The notes beneath the pieces were generated by a model, which saw nothing but the letters and a program-made list of their open reading frames with translations, ran no database searches and was not told the DNA's origin. A program made the position numbers and the translations under genes. 64,000 nt of DNA from Saccharospirillaceae bacterium (GTDB taxonomy: Bacteria > Pseudomonadota > Gammaproteobacteria > Pseudomonadales > Oceanobacteraceae), in assembly GCA_022448365.1 (NCBI GenBank), contig JAKVCS010000004.1, positions 544,458-608,457 on the forward strand. Reading direction: 5' to 3'. Below, piece after piece: positions 27,369 through 37,134 of the stretch; position 1 is the first letter of the stretch, and each line of letters opens with the position of its first letter.

Positions 27369-29690
27369 ATGGTCCAGCTGACACGTAACATATGGACCAT
27401 CTACTTTATATTTTTGCTGGTAAGTATTGTTTTGGCTGGCGTAATTTCCAGTCATCGTTGGCAGGGCGTTGTTAACGAGTATAAACAGCAGCACATTCAT
27501 CGCGCGGAGCAGGTTGCATCTGCCATTCATGCTGTGTTTGTCAGTCAGGAAATGCTACTGGATGTTTTAGGCCAACAGTTACTGCGCGAACATCGTGATC
27601 TGACATCCCCTCAATCGCCTCAAATACTCGACGATTTATTAGTGGTTAACCCCTGGGTTTCGGGTTTTGGTCTGGCCCGACCAGATGGTGAGCTGGTGCT
27701 GGTGAATTCGGCTCAGGATAAAAGCCTGTTACCTAACCTGGCGACCCAGGACAGCAGTCGAGATTCCTTTCGTGATACGTTGTTATCACACAATATGGTG
27801 GTTGGCCGCACTTATTATATAAAAGCGATGGGGGAATGGAGCATTCCTATTCGTAAAGCTCTGCGCGATAGCGAGGGCAATGTACTGGCGGTAATGACCG
27901 CCGGTATTCGCGTTCGGGGGGCGTCAAAAATATTCGAGAAAGATCTGCATTACGGCACGACCGATGAGGTTAACCTGATTCGTGGCAGCGATTTTTACCT
28001 GCAATACCATTCATCCAGTGCCAAAAATCTTGATGTGATTTACCAGCAACCTTTGTCTGACACGATACTGGATAACGGCTTTTCTGCTTTAATGGCTGCA
28101 GCCAACACAGACTTTGCGGGTATTCGCCAATTACCGGGTGCGATGGCGTATAAGGTTGAACGTGATGGCAGGCAGCGTATAGAGGCGACGCTGTATGATA
28201 ACCGTTACGATTTATGGGTGTCTTCATCGGTTGATTTTAACGATGTGGTGATGGAGCTTATTCCTACGCTGATGACTTACGCAGCGATTTTTCTGATCTT
28301 GCAGCTGATTATTCTGGCGTTATTCCGATCTATCGCAGCAGCAGACAAAAAAACTCGTAATCATTTGGAATATCAGGCCGCTCACGATGTATTAACAGCA
28401 TTGCCGAACCGTTATTTTTTGGTCAATCGCACATCTCATCTGATTGATATTGGTGTCGAACGCTTCAGTTTACTTTTTATCGATATCGATAACTTTAAAG
28501 GCATCAATGATAATTTTGGTCACGATGTTGGTGATCAGGTGTTACAGGATGTGGCGCGGCGCCTGGGTCGTGAGATTGGTCAATCGGAGTTAGTGGCGCG
28601 TTTGGGGGGGGACGAATTTGTTGTTATCACCACCAGATCCGACGAACAGGAATTAAAAGCCTGTGCCGGAAATATCATTAACAGTCTGGGCCAGGTATTC
28701 AGTGTGCGTAATATGCAGTTTCATCTCGGCGCCAGTATCGGTATTGCCCGTTACCCTCAGCATGGTGATTCTCTGAACGCATTATTACGTGCAGCAGACA
28801 TCGCCATGTACGAGGCAAAAAAAGACAAAAACAGTGTTGTGATACATCGTGACGAAATTGAAGACACGTATCTCCGGCATAATCGCATCGAGCAGCTGTT
28901 GCGGCTGGCGTATCATCGCAACGAGCTGTTTATGGTGTATCAGCCGCAGATGAATCGGGCCGGCAGTTTAGTCGGCGTTGAAGCATTAGTGCGTTGGAAC
29001 AATGCTGAGTTGGGTTTTATTCCGCCGGATCAGTTTATTGCTGTGGCTGAGACCAGTGGTTTGATGACGGAGCTTGGAAATTTTATTATTGAACGCAGTT
29101 TGCGGGATATACGTCAGGTACAGGATGTATTGTCATCTCATTTCAACTTATCACTGAATATTTCTGTACGCCAGTTGCTGCAGCCAGGCTTTGTTCACAT
29201 GCTTGCAGAGCTTATCCAGCGTTACCGGTTTTCGCCGCACGAAATCGTACTGGAGATAACCGAAAACTTATTTATTGAGGATATGAATAACGTTGGTTCG
29301 GTTATTTTTGCGCTGCGTGATCATGGCTTTAATCTCTCGCTTGATGATTTTGGTACCGGTTACTCTTCGCTGAGTGTGCTGCAGAAATTACCAATTGATG
29401 AGTTAAAAGTGGATAAAAGCTTTGTTGATGATATTCATCATGACGAAAAAGCCCGTCAGATGATTAAAAACATCATTGCCATCGGGAAGAACTATGGCAT
29501 GTCGGTATTGGCAGAAGGCGTCGAAACCGAGCAACAGGTTCGCATGTTGAATACTTTGGGCTGTGATCATTATCAGGGCTACTGGTTTTCCCGGCCCCTC
29601 GATGTTGAGGGACTGCGTCATTTTGTCGAGTCTGCCGCTGGCAACGTTGCGGCCGATACCGTTTGTGATGACATGCCTGGTCAGGCTTAG
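27369..29690 (+). CDS. Membrane sensor (Cache-like) GGDEF-EAL c-di-GMP enzyme
   Basis: Two TM helices flank a periplasmic domain; HDVLTALPNR, RLGGDEF, GVEALVRW, DDFGTGYSSL and EGVE are intact; no RxxD I-site. Confidence 0.92.
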   Translation: MVQLTRNIWTIYFIFLLVSIVLAGVISSHRWQGVVNEYKQQHIHRAEQVASAIHAVFVSQEMLLDVLGQQLLREHRDLTSPQSPQILDDLLVVNPWVSGFGLARPDGELVLVNSAQDKSLLPNLATQDSSRDSFRDTLLSHNMVVGRTYYIKAMGEWSIPIRKALRDSEGNVLAVMTAGIRVRGASKIFEKDLHYGTTDEVNLIRGSDFYLQYHSSSAKNLDVIYQQPLSDTILDNGFSALMAAANTDFAGIRQLPGAMAYKVERDGRQRIEATLYDNRYDLWVSSSVDFNDVVMELIPTLMTYAAIFLILQLIILALFRSIAAADKKTRNHLEYQAAHDVLTALPNRYFLVNRTSHLIDIGVERFSLLFIDIDNFKGINDNFGHDVGDQVLQDVARRLGREIGQSELVARLGGDEFVVITTRSDEQELKACAGNIINSLGQVFSVRNMQFHLGASIGIARYPQHGDSLNALLRAADIAMYEAKKDKNSVVIHRDEIEDTYLRHNRIEQLLRLAYHRNELFMVYQPQMNRAGSLVGVEALVRWNNAELGFIPPDQFIAVAETSGLMTELGNFIIERSLRDIRQVQDVLSSHFNLSLNISVRQLLQPGFVHMLAELIQRYRFSPHEIVLEITENLFIEDMNNVGSVIFALRDHGFNLSLDDFGTGYSSLSVLQKLPIDELKVDKSFVDDIHHDEKARQMIKNIIAIGKNYGMSVLAEGVETEQQVRMLNTLGCDHYQGYWFSRPLDVEGLRHFVESAAGNVAADTVCDDMPGQA

Positions 29691-29697
29691 GTGATGA

Positions 29698-31407
29698 TTA
29701 CCTCAGGACGGGGCGCTGCAAAATCAAGTCTGCAGCTCTCGCTGCCATGGCGATAACCGTTGCATTCGTATTAGCACTGATCTGATCCGGAAAGACCGAT
29801 GCATCCATAATCCTCAAGTGACGACAGTGATGAACCTGTAGGTGATTATTCACAACGGAATCCTGAGGGTTTTCTCCCATGCGACAGCTGCTGACCGGAT
29901 GATAGACGTGGTTTGCCTTATCACGGACAAAAGCCATTAATTGTTCATCGCTGGTTTGGTGTTTTCCGGGAAAGACCTCTTCGAGTTGATATTGAGCCAG
30001 CGCCTCGCACTGAATAATGTCACGTGCCTGGCGAATACCTTTGAGCAGAGGCTGTATATCTGCCTCGTTACTTAACAACCCTAAATGAATATGGGGTGAT
30101 GATGCCGGATTATTGTCCTTCAGACGTATTTGCCCACGGCTTTTCGGGCGCAGTAGGGTAATGTGCATTGAAAATCCCCAGCCCATCATAAATCTCAGAT
30201 TACGACCGTGATCATCAAATAACCCTGGGGTACACATCAGTTGTAAATCGGGTACTGACTGTTGCTTATCTGAGCAAATAAAACCACCGGCTTCAATCAG
30301 GCAGCTGCTGAGCAATCCTTGGCGTTGCGGCTGCTTGAACGGACGGAAGTATCTACCCGCCTCTTTGACCAGGCGTGGCAATATGGCCGGAGAAAAACTC
30401 AGCCCAGAGGTTTTTATCTTGGGGTTGTTCGCCCGGTTGACTACCACAACATCCACGTGCTCCTGCAGGTGTTTACCGACGGCTGGCAGCGCCAGTTGGC
30501 AGGGAATCTGGTGACGTCCGAGTTCTTCCGGATCACCAATACCAGATAGCATCAGCAGCTGCGGGCTTTGAAATGCTCCGGCAGATAAGATGACTTCCCT
30601 GACGGCGCTGATATTTCTGGATGATCCCGAGGTGTGTGATAATTGAATCTCGACACCGGTGGCTGTCAGTTGATCGTCAGCCGTCGTTTCTGTCAGTACT
30701 TTATTTACCTGGCAATCAGTAATTACCGTCAGGTTTTTTCGTGTCAGTATCGGGTGAAGAAAAGCATGGGCGCTGGAGCAGCGTTCGCCGCGATTGATGG
30801 TGGCTTGATACAAACCGACACCGCGTTGTTCGGTACCATTAAAATCGTGATTATATGGCTGACCAGCTTGTTGGGCGGCCGATACAAAATTACGGCTGAT
30901 AGGCTGAATATGATTTAAATCACTGACGACTAATTCACCATGAATACCGTGGTAATGATCGTCCTGTAGCTGTGAACGCTGTTGTTTCATGGTGGCACGA
31001 AAGTAGGGTAATAGGTCGTCATAACCCCAGCCACTGGCGCCGACAGATAGCCAGCGCTGATAGTCCTGCTGGTGGCCGCGGGTATACACCATGGCATTAA
31101 TTGCACTGCTGCCACCCAGCGTTTTTCCCCTTGGGCTGTACACCTGGCGATGATTCAACGCCGTACCTTCCTGGCTGGAAAATTTCCAGTTGTATTTTTT
31201 CCATTGAATCAAAGCCGCGACCATCGCCGGGATCCGAATCGCGGCAGAGTGGTCCACAGGCCCGGCTTCCAGTAAGCACACCGAATAATGGCCATTCGCC
31301 GATAATCGATTGGCCAGTACACATCCGGCTGAACCGGCGCCAACAATAATAAAATCGAATTGCTGTGGAAATGTTTCCGGAAGTTTGTGTGCTTGGTAAA
31401 CGGGCAT
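29698..31407 (-). CDS. GMC-family oxidoreductase (AlkJ/choline dehydrogenase-like)
   Basis: IIVGAGSAGCVLANRLS, PRGKTLGGSSAINAMVY, VYHPVSSCRMG and NTNATVIAMA motifs. Confidence 0.93.
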   Translation of the reverse strand: MPVYQAHKLPETFPQQFDFIIVGAGSAGCVLANRLSANGHYSVCLLEAGPVDHSAAIRIPAMVAALIQWKKYNWKFSSQEGTALNHRQVYSPRGKTLGGSSAINAMVYTRGHQQDYQRWLSVGASGWGYDDLLPYFRATMKQQRSQLQDDHYHGIHGELVVSDLNHIQPISRNFVSAAQQAGQPYNHDFNGTEQRGVGLYQATINRGERCSSAHAFLHPILTRKNLTVITDCQVNKVLTETTADDQLTATGVEIQLSHTSGSSRNISAVREVILSAGAFQSPQLLMLSGIGDPEELGRHQIPCQLALPAVGKHLQEHVDVVVVNRANNPKIKTSGLSFSPAILPRLVKEAGRYFRPFKQPQRQGLLSSCLIEAGGFICSDKQQSVPDLQLMCTPGLFDDHGRNLRFMMGWGFSMHITLLRPKSRGQIRLKDNNPASSPHIHLGLLSNEADIQPLLKGIRQARDIIQCEALAQYQLEEVFPGKHQTSDEQLMAFVRDKANHVYHPVSSCRMGENPQDSVVNNHLQVHHCRHLRIMDASVFPDQISANTNATVIAMAARAADLILQRPVLR

Positions 31408-31451
31408 GATTTCAACTTACAGTATTGTTAACAGGGTCACAGACTACCTGA

Positions 31452-34400
31452 TTAATGGAAGTCATGGGAGGTGATTTCCAGCTGTTTGATGGTGTCGGTT
31501 AAATCCAGTAGCCGGTAGGCAATCATATGAATCACACCGGAATTCTCATCTTTTTCGAGTTTGCCATAGACCTGTAAAATACGAGATTTCACCAGGGTTT
31601 TGAGTTGGCGTTTGGCCGTCGATAGCCAAACAACGATATTAATACTGCCGGTTTCGTCTTCCAGTGTGATAAATGTCACTCCGGCAGAGGTTCCGGGCCG
31701 TTGGCGGCAAGTAACCAGTCCGGCAACATACACCTCGCTGTTGTGCTGGCATTGCGTCAGGCCCAGTGCGGTGACACTGGCGCCGAGTTTGCCTTGTTCG
31801 CGCAATATTTCTAACGGATGCCGACCCAGTGTCAGTCCGAGGCTTTGATAATCCTCCTGTAAGTTATCAATTTCATTCGGTGCCTGCAGATAATCTTGTG
31901 AGAAGGGATTATCTAACTGTAATGGGGTTAATAAATCGTCCTGAATGGGTTCCGCGACCTGCCAGCGTGCCTGGTATCGGTGCTGCGATAAACTATCAAA
32001 CGCACCGGCGCTGGCAAGTGACTCCCGTTCTTGTTTATTCAGTTGTGCCAGGCGAATACATTCAGCAATACTGTTGTAACCGTTTTCAGGCTTATGTTGT
32101 TGTAAGCGCTGCGCTGCATCCTGATTAAATCCTTTAACCAGTCGCAGACCTAAACGAAGTGGCTGACTTTTATTTATACCCTGATCAACCTCGATTCGAT
32201 GATCCCAGCCGCTGTGATTAATATCCACAGGTAACACTTTTACGCCATGGTGGCGTGCGTCTTCAATTAATTGCGCCGGGCTGTAAAACCCCATCGGCTG
32301 ACTATTTAATAACGCACAGCAAAACACATTAGGATAATGACATTTCAGCCAGGCAGTAACATAGACCAGCAGAGCGAAACTGGCTGCATGTGATTCGGGA
32401 AATCCGTATTCACCAAACCCTTCCAACTGACGCTGGATACGGCGGATATATTCCTGTTCAAAGCCGTTAACCAACATATTGGCTTCCAGCCGCTGCTGTA
32501 ATCGGTGCATATGACCTTTTTTACGCCAGCTGGCCATTGAACGTCGTAATAAATCGGCTTCGGCGGCGGTAAAGTCGGCAGCAACCATCGCAAAAGCAAT
32601 CACCTGCTCCTGGAATAAAGGAATACCCAGAGTACGCTCCAGAATCGGTCTCAATGCCTCCATCGGGTAGTCTGCAGCTTCTTGTTGATTACGACGTTTT
32701 AAATAAGGGTGAACCATGTCACCATGAATCGGACCGGGACGGACAATAGCGATCTGTACAACCAGATCATAATAATTACGAGGTTTTAACCGCGGTAACA
32801 TATTCATCTGAGCCCGGCTTTCAACCTGGAAAACCCCCACGCTGTCGGCTCGTTGTAACATCTGATACGTAGCCGGATCATCGCGTGGGATATCTGCCAG
32901 CGTTGTTTGTTGTTCTGTTGTCGATAACATTTCCAGAGAGCGGCGAATCGCTGACAGCATACCCAGCCCGAGAATATCAACTTTCATCAGTCCGAGTGAT
33001 TCCAGATCTTCTTTGTCCCACTGAATGACAGTACGGTCAGCCATACTGGCATTTTCTATAGGGACCAGATCGGCTAATAAACCTTCGCAGATAACAAAAC
33101 CACCGACATGTTGAGATAAGTGACGGGGGAAATTGATAATATCAGCGACCAGTTGTTTAAGCGAACGCAATAAATGACCAGGCTCCTGACTGCCGGTTAA
33201 CAGTTCATCCAGCCAGTTTTCGCCATGATAACGCCAACCGTAGTTGGCAATGCGTTGTTCTAACTGCAGCAGATTAAGACCCAGTGCTCGGGCAACATCA
33301 CGGATGGCACTTTTACGGCGATAGCTGATTACGGTGGCTGCCAGTGCTGCTCGTTCTCGTCCGTATTTGCGATAAATATACTGGATCACTTCCTCGCGTC
33401 GCTGGCTTTCAAAATCAACATCAATATCCGGCGGCTCGTTGCGCTCTTCGGAAATAAACCGTTCAAATAACAAGCTGACTTCAGTCGGATTGACCTCGGT
33501 AATTTCCAGACAATAACAAACGATCGAGTTTGCTGCTGAACCACGTCCCTGGCAGAGAATGTTCTGAGATCTGGCAAATCGAACGATGTCATAAACGGTT
33601 AAAAAATAATGTTCATAGTGTTTGTATTGAATCAGTGTCAGTTCTTTTTCTATGGTTTTTTTTACAGTTTTCGGAATACCTTTGGGGAAACGCTTTCTGG
33701 CACCCGCCATGACCAGATCTTTCAGATGCTGATGCGGGCACTGATGTTCAGGTACCAGGTCTTCTGGATAGTGATAGGAAATTTCATCAAGATTAAAGTG
33801 ACATCGGTCAGCGATCTCCGACGTGGTTGAAATCAGTTCTTGCGGATACAGATGATGCAGTTTTTGGGTGGAGCGCAGCTGACGCTCGGCATTGCTGAAT
33901 AATCGGTCTTTACTTTGCTCAATGGTCTGATTCATGCGTATCGCCGTCAGACAATCCTGTAGTGATTTCCGCTGACTATGATGCATATGAACATCATTAG
34001 CACAGACAACGGGTAGCTCTTCACTTTTTGCCCATTGCAGAATTTGTTGATAGTTGTGACTGTCATGTTCATCCAGCAGACGTTCTGCTAATAGCCAATA
34101 GCGATTTTTATCGGGTTGTGGATGATAAAATTGGTTGATCAGCTGTTGCTCTTCATACTGATGAATATCTGCCGGACGACACAATAAAAAGAGATGTTTG
34201 AGAGGCAATAAATCTTGACTGGAAAACCGATAATGGCCTTTTTCTGCCTGACGACGACAATGACTGATCAACTGGCTCAGTTCGCTATAGGCTTTTTTAT
34301 TCGGAGCAATTAATACATAGCAGCTACGTTTTTTCTCATCATAAAACTCACTGCCAATAATTAACCGAGTTTTTAACTTTTGGTCTTTTATCGCCTGATG

Positions 34401-34586
34401 TGCACGCACAACACCCGCCAGCGAGCATTCGTCGGTAATCGCCAGAGCGCGATACTGTAACTGATCGGCACGTTCAATCAGTTCCTGTGGGTGTGAGGCA
34501 CCGCGTAGAAAAGAAAAGTTGCTGACACAGTGCAGCTCGGCATATTGTCGGGGGCGAATGGTATTATTACCAGAATCATCACTCAT
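31452..34586 (-). CDS. dnaE2: Error-prone DNA polymerase DnaE2 (ImuC)
   Basis: YAELHCVSNFSFLRGASHP, GRGSAANS, EPPDIDVDFE, FPRHLSQHVGG, GEYGFPESHAASFA and RQRPGTSAGVTF motifs. Confidence 0.96.
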   Translation of the reverse strand: MSDDSGNNTIRPRQYAELHCVSNFSFLRGASHPQELIERADQLQYRALAITDECSLAGVVRAHQAIKDQKLKTRLIIGSEFYDEKKRSCYVLIAPNKKAYSELSQLISHCRRQAEKGHYRFSSQDLLPLKHLFLLCRPADIHQYEEQQLINQFYHPQPDKNRYWLLAERLLDEHDSHNYQQILQWAKSEELPVVCANDVHMHHSQRKSLQDCLTAIRMNQTIEQSKDRLFSNAERQLRSTQKLHHLYPQELISTTSEIADRCHFNLDEISYHYPEDLVPEHQCPHQHLKDLVMAGARKRFPKGIPKTVKKTIEKELTLIQYKHYEHYFLTVYDIVRFARSQNILCQGRGSAANSIVCYCLEITEVNPTEVSLLFERFISEERNEPPDIDVDFESQRREEVIQYIYRKYGRERAALAATVISYRRKSAIRDVARALGLNLLQLEQRIANYGWRYHGENWLDELLTGSQEPGHLLRSLKQLVADIINFPRHLSQHVGGFVICEGLLADLVPIENASMADRTVIQWDKEDLESLGLMKVDILGLGMLSAIRRSLEMLSTTEQQTTLADIPRDDPATYQMLQRADSVGVFQVESRAQMNMLPRLKPRNYYDLVVQIAIVRPGPIHGDMVHPYLKRRNQQEAADYPMEALRPILERTLGIPLFQEQVIAFAMVAADFTAAEADLLRRSMASWRKKGHMHRLQQRLEANMLVNGFEQEYIRRIQRQLEGFGEYGFPESHAASFALLVYVTAWLKCHYPNVFCCALLNSQPMGFYSPAQLIEDARHHGVKVLPVDINHSGWDHRIEVDQGINKSQPLRLGLRLVKGFNQDAAQRLQQHKPENGYNSIAECIRLAQLNKQERESLASAGAFDSLSQHRYQARWQVAEPIQDDLLTPLQLDNPFSQDYLQAPNEIDNLQEDYQSLGLTLGRHPLEILREQGKLGASVTALGLTQCQHNSEVYVAGLVTCRQRPGTSAGVTFITLEDETGSINIVVWLSTAKRQLKTLVKSRILQVYGKLEKDENSGVIHMIAYRLLDLTDTIKQLEITSHDFH

Positions 34587-36058
34587 GAAAAATAGCCCTG
34601 AATAAACCATTGTTTACGGGCATCACGAAATACCCATAAGTGTTGCCGTGTATTTTTCTGTTGTTCGATCACCTGATAATAATCACGTTGTTGCTGCTCT
34701 CCGTGTTGCCACCAACCACTACTGATACGTTCGGGACCAGAAATTATGTGTTCCGGTTCTGCACAGGGAATCGCCTGTGCCAATAGCCATAATGGCCGGT
34801 CGTTTTGGCCCGTCACACGATGACGATTGTTTGCCGGATAGACCTGTTCAGCCTGCAGTGCCTGCCAGGCATGATCGGGTCGGGCATCGGCATTACTGGT
34901 TAAACGGAATAACTGGTTGTGTTCCAGTCGGGCTTGCAGGCGATTGAGCAACTGCTGGCCGTGTTCCTGGCGACAATGTACAGAATCTGGCCAATAGTCT
35001 GTTTGCTGTGGCTGCTGACTGACAAATCGACACACCTGAAGAACCATTTCCCGTACTGGCGCGGTTAACGTCTTCTTCTCTAATTGGTAACGAATTAACT
35101 GGGTTAATTCCTGCTGACGGTATTCCGCCCGGGCAAAACGAATCAACCAATGACTGTCATTATTGAGATCCCCGGCATGTTGGCGGTGCTTCAGTCGAAT
35201 TCTGACATGATCAATCGCCAGTTGCCGTTGGTGCAGAAAAGCACTGAGGACGCTGAGCTGTCGGCGTAATGGAAACAACAGGCCGTTAACGTGTTCAACG
35301 TCGTGAATGAATAACGCTTCATCACAGAAGTCGAGTGGTGGTTGGAAGAATTTCATTGTGGTTGGTTTGTCGCCACTCAACTGCATCAGCCAGTGAATCA
35401 AGTCACTGTCGAAGCGACTGGCGAGTTCCGATAGTGGCAGTTTCAGTAGTTGGTGGTAATGGTGAACACCGAAGCGCTGTAACGCCAGCTGATGAGATTC
35501 TGCTAACCCCAGCTGCGCCATCGATAACGGCCGGAGTTGTTGTTGGTTATCCATCTTTAACTGCTGGTGTTTAAGCGGATGTTGCCACTGCCGGGTTTGG
35601 CCGCAGTTATTGACGGCCAGAACTTTGGCAACCGCGGGGGTATAGCCCAGGGCTATTTGCAGTGGCCACTGATACGCTTCAGCCCGTTTCTGAATCTGCT
35701 GACACAAAGCGGATGCGCCACCAAACAAATTTTGCATACTGGCAGCCTCAAGCCAAAGTCCTTGTGGCGGATCAAGACATACTTGAGCAGAAAAACGGTA
35801 TGCCCACAGCGCTTGTTGCTGTAGCAGCTGTTCGGCCTTGTGCGGATCCATCAGGCTGGTTTGCAGGTTGCTGCACAGACACAGAGCGCTGGCTAAGGGC
35901 ATATCCACTTCGACACCGGCATCGGCTGCCCGTGTATTGCGCTGACAGACATAATACTGCCCTCCCTGGGCTTCCAGCAGAGCGAAGGGACCCGCCTGCT
36001 GCTGATGGAAGCTGTGCAGGTACAAATCCGGAAAATACAGATAAATCCAGAAATTCAT
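34583..36058 (-). CDS. imuB: ImuB Y-family polymerase-like protein
   Basis: FSAQVCLDPPQGLWLE, LLFPLRRQL, RPLWLL and GPERISSGWW...RDYY motifs; ATGA-coupled to imuA and dnaE2. Confidence 0.93.
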   Translation of the reverse strand: MNFWIYLYFPDLYLHSFHQQQAGPFALLEAQGGQYYVCQRNTRAADAGVEVDMPLASALCLCSNLQTSLMDPHKAEQLLQQQALWAYRFSAQVCLDPPQGLWLEAASMQNLFGGASALCQQIQKRAEAYQWPLQIALGYTPAVAKVLAVNNCGQTRQWQHPLKHQQLKMDNQQQLRPLSMAQLGLAESHQLALQRFGVHHYHQLLKLPLSELASRFDSDLIHWLMQLSGDKPTTMKFFQPPLDFCDEALFIHDVEHVNGLLFPLRRQLSVLSAFLHQRQLAIDHVRIRLKHRQHAGDLNNDSHWLIRFARAEYRQQELTQLIRYQLEKKTLTAPVREMVLQVCRFVSQQPQQTDYWPDSVHCRQEHGQQLLNRLQARLEHNQLFRLTSNADARPDHAWQALQAEQVYPANNRHRVTGQNDRPLWLLAQAIPCAEPEHIISGPERISSGWWQHGEQQQRDYYQVIEQQKNTRQHLWVFRDARKQWFIQGYFS

Positions 36059-36747
36059 AAAGACGGTGCCGGGCTGATGTGCGCCAGATCGTGGTTCAGA
36101 GTGAAAGGGCTGCTTGGCCAACTGCCCCGGCGCTTCAGGAATTCCAGTGTCAGGCCTTGTCGCTGGCGCTGCAGTTTTAACCGCAATGCCGCCGGAGAAC
36201 CGCTGGCATCAAACGGAGTTTGTGGCCATAGCCAGCAAAAGCTCTGACTGTCCTGGGCCGCGATCTGCAACCGTCGGATATGTTGTTTGTGCCATTGTTG
36301 CGGCCAACCCAGCACGGCACTGCATTGACCACTGCGCAAACCTTCCTCCATGCACCATAAAGCTTGCTCATAACTCTGGCTGTGTACAACCAGTATCTGT
36401 TTCAGCTCGACTCCGGCACTCATTAATGTGGGGGCATAAGGAATGGCGGGTGGCGCGACCCATAACAACCACTTGGCTTGCTGGCTCAGTGTTGCCAGTG
36501 CCGGTAAAAGCAGACTGACCTCGGCACTGCCTGGCTGGGCGTAGATTTCACACACCTGACCAGGCTGCCAGCCGCCACCAGGCAAGTACTGATTCAGTTC
36601 GGTAAAACCACTACTCAGTATGTTATCGGATTCGTCCTGGCAGTCATTGGCAGACCAAACCTGGCCCAGACCAATCATCTGCTGCAGCGTATCGACCGGT
36701 TGTTTTGCTGTTTTTTTGTAAAGCCCTGTGTGTTGTGTGCTGACCAT
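36055..36747 (-). CDS. imuA: ImuA (SulA/RecA-like) mutasome protein
   Basis: SSGFTELNQYLPGGGW, LLLPALATL, WLLWVAPP, ALWCMEEGLRSG, RRLQIAA and SPAALRL motifs. Confidence 0.93.
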   Translation of the reverse strand: MVSTQHTGLYKKTAKQPVDTLQQMIGLGQVWSANDCQDESDNILSSGFTELNQYLPGGGWQPGQVCEIYAQPGSAEVSLLLPALATLSQQAKWLLWVAPPAIPYAPTLMSAGVELKQILVVHSQSYEQALWCMEEGLRSGQCSAVLGWPQQWHKQHIRRLQIAAQDSQSFCWLWPQTPFDASGSPAALRLKLQRQRQGLTLEFLKRRGSWPSSPFTLNHDLAHISPAPSL

Positions 36748-36763
36748 TATTGAATGCCGGTAT

Positions 36764-36797
36764 ATGTTTTTATATACAGTACTGTACAAATAACCAG
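36764..36797. promoter_or_regulatory. Tandem LexA (SOS) boxes upstream of imuA
   Basis: CTGTACAAATAACCAG (36782-36797, perfect CTG-N10-CAG) and ATGTTTTTATATACAG (36764-36779, one mismatch), 2 bp apart. Confidence 0.85.
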
Positions 36798-37134
36798 TAT
36801 TCAATGGTTGGGAACACAACCAACCATGAGATGCCTGAAATGACAGCTGCTTTGTTATTCCGGTATCTATTGACGTTTATCACCAGTTGCAGCTTTAAGA
36901 TTTTAATAATGATATTCGATTAATTTACAATCCTGCATATAAACTCCGGAAACTCAGGTACTTAGAGACGTAAGCAAGGCCCGGTAAGGATTTTTATAAG
37001 ATGCCATGCTTAGCCGCTATAACTCTGTACTTTTGTCTGATTAGCGTCTTTAATTCGTGAACAAGGTTAATTTATATATTTATCTTTTGATAAACCGAGG
37101 TTTATCAATTGTTCCGAGTCTGCAGTAGTTGTCA

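Noticed and set aside
36820-37134. AT-rich gap as a possible sRNA or mobile-element scar
   Set aside because: No terminator, inverted repeats or target duplication seen; consistent with a divergent promoter region.
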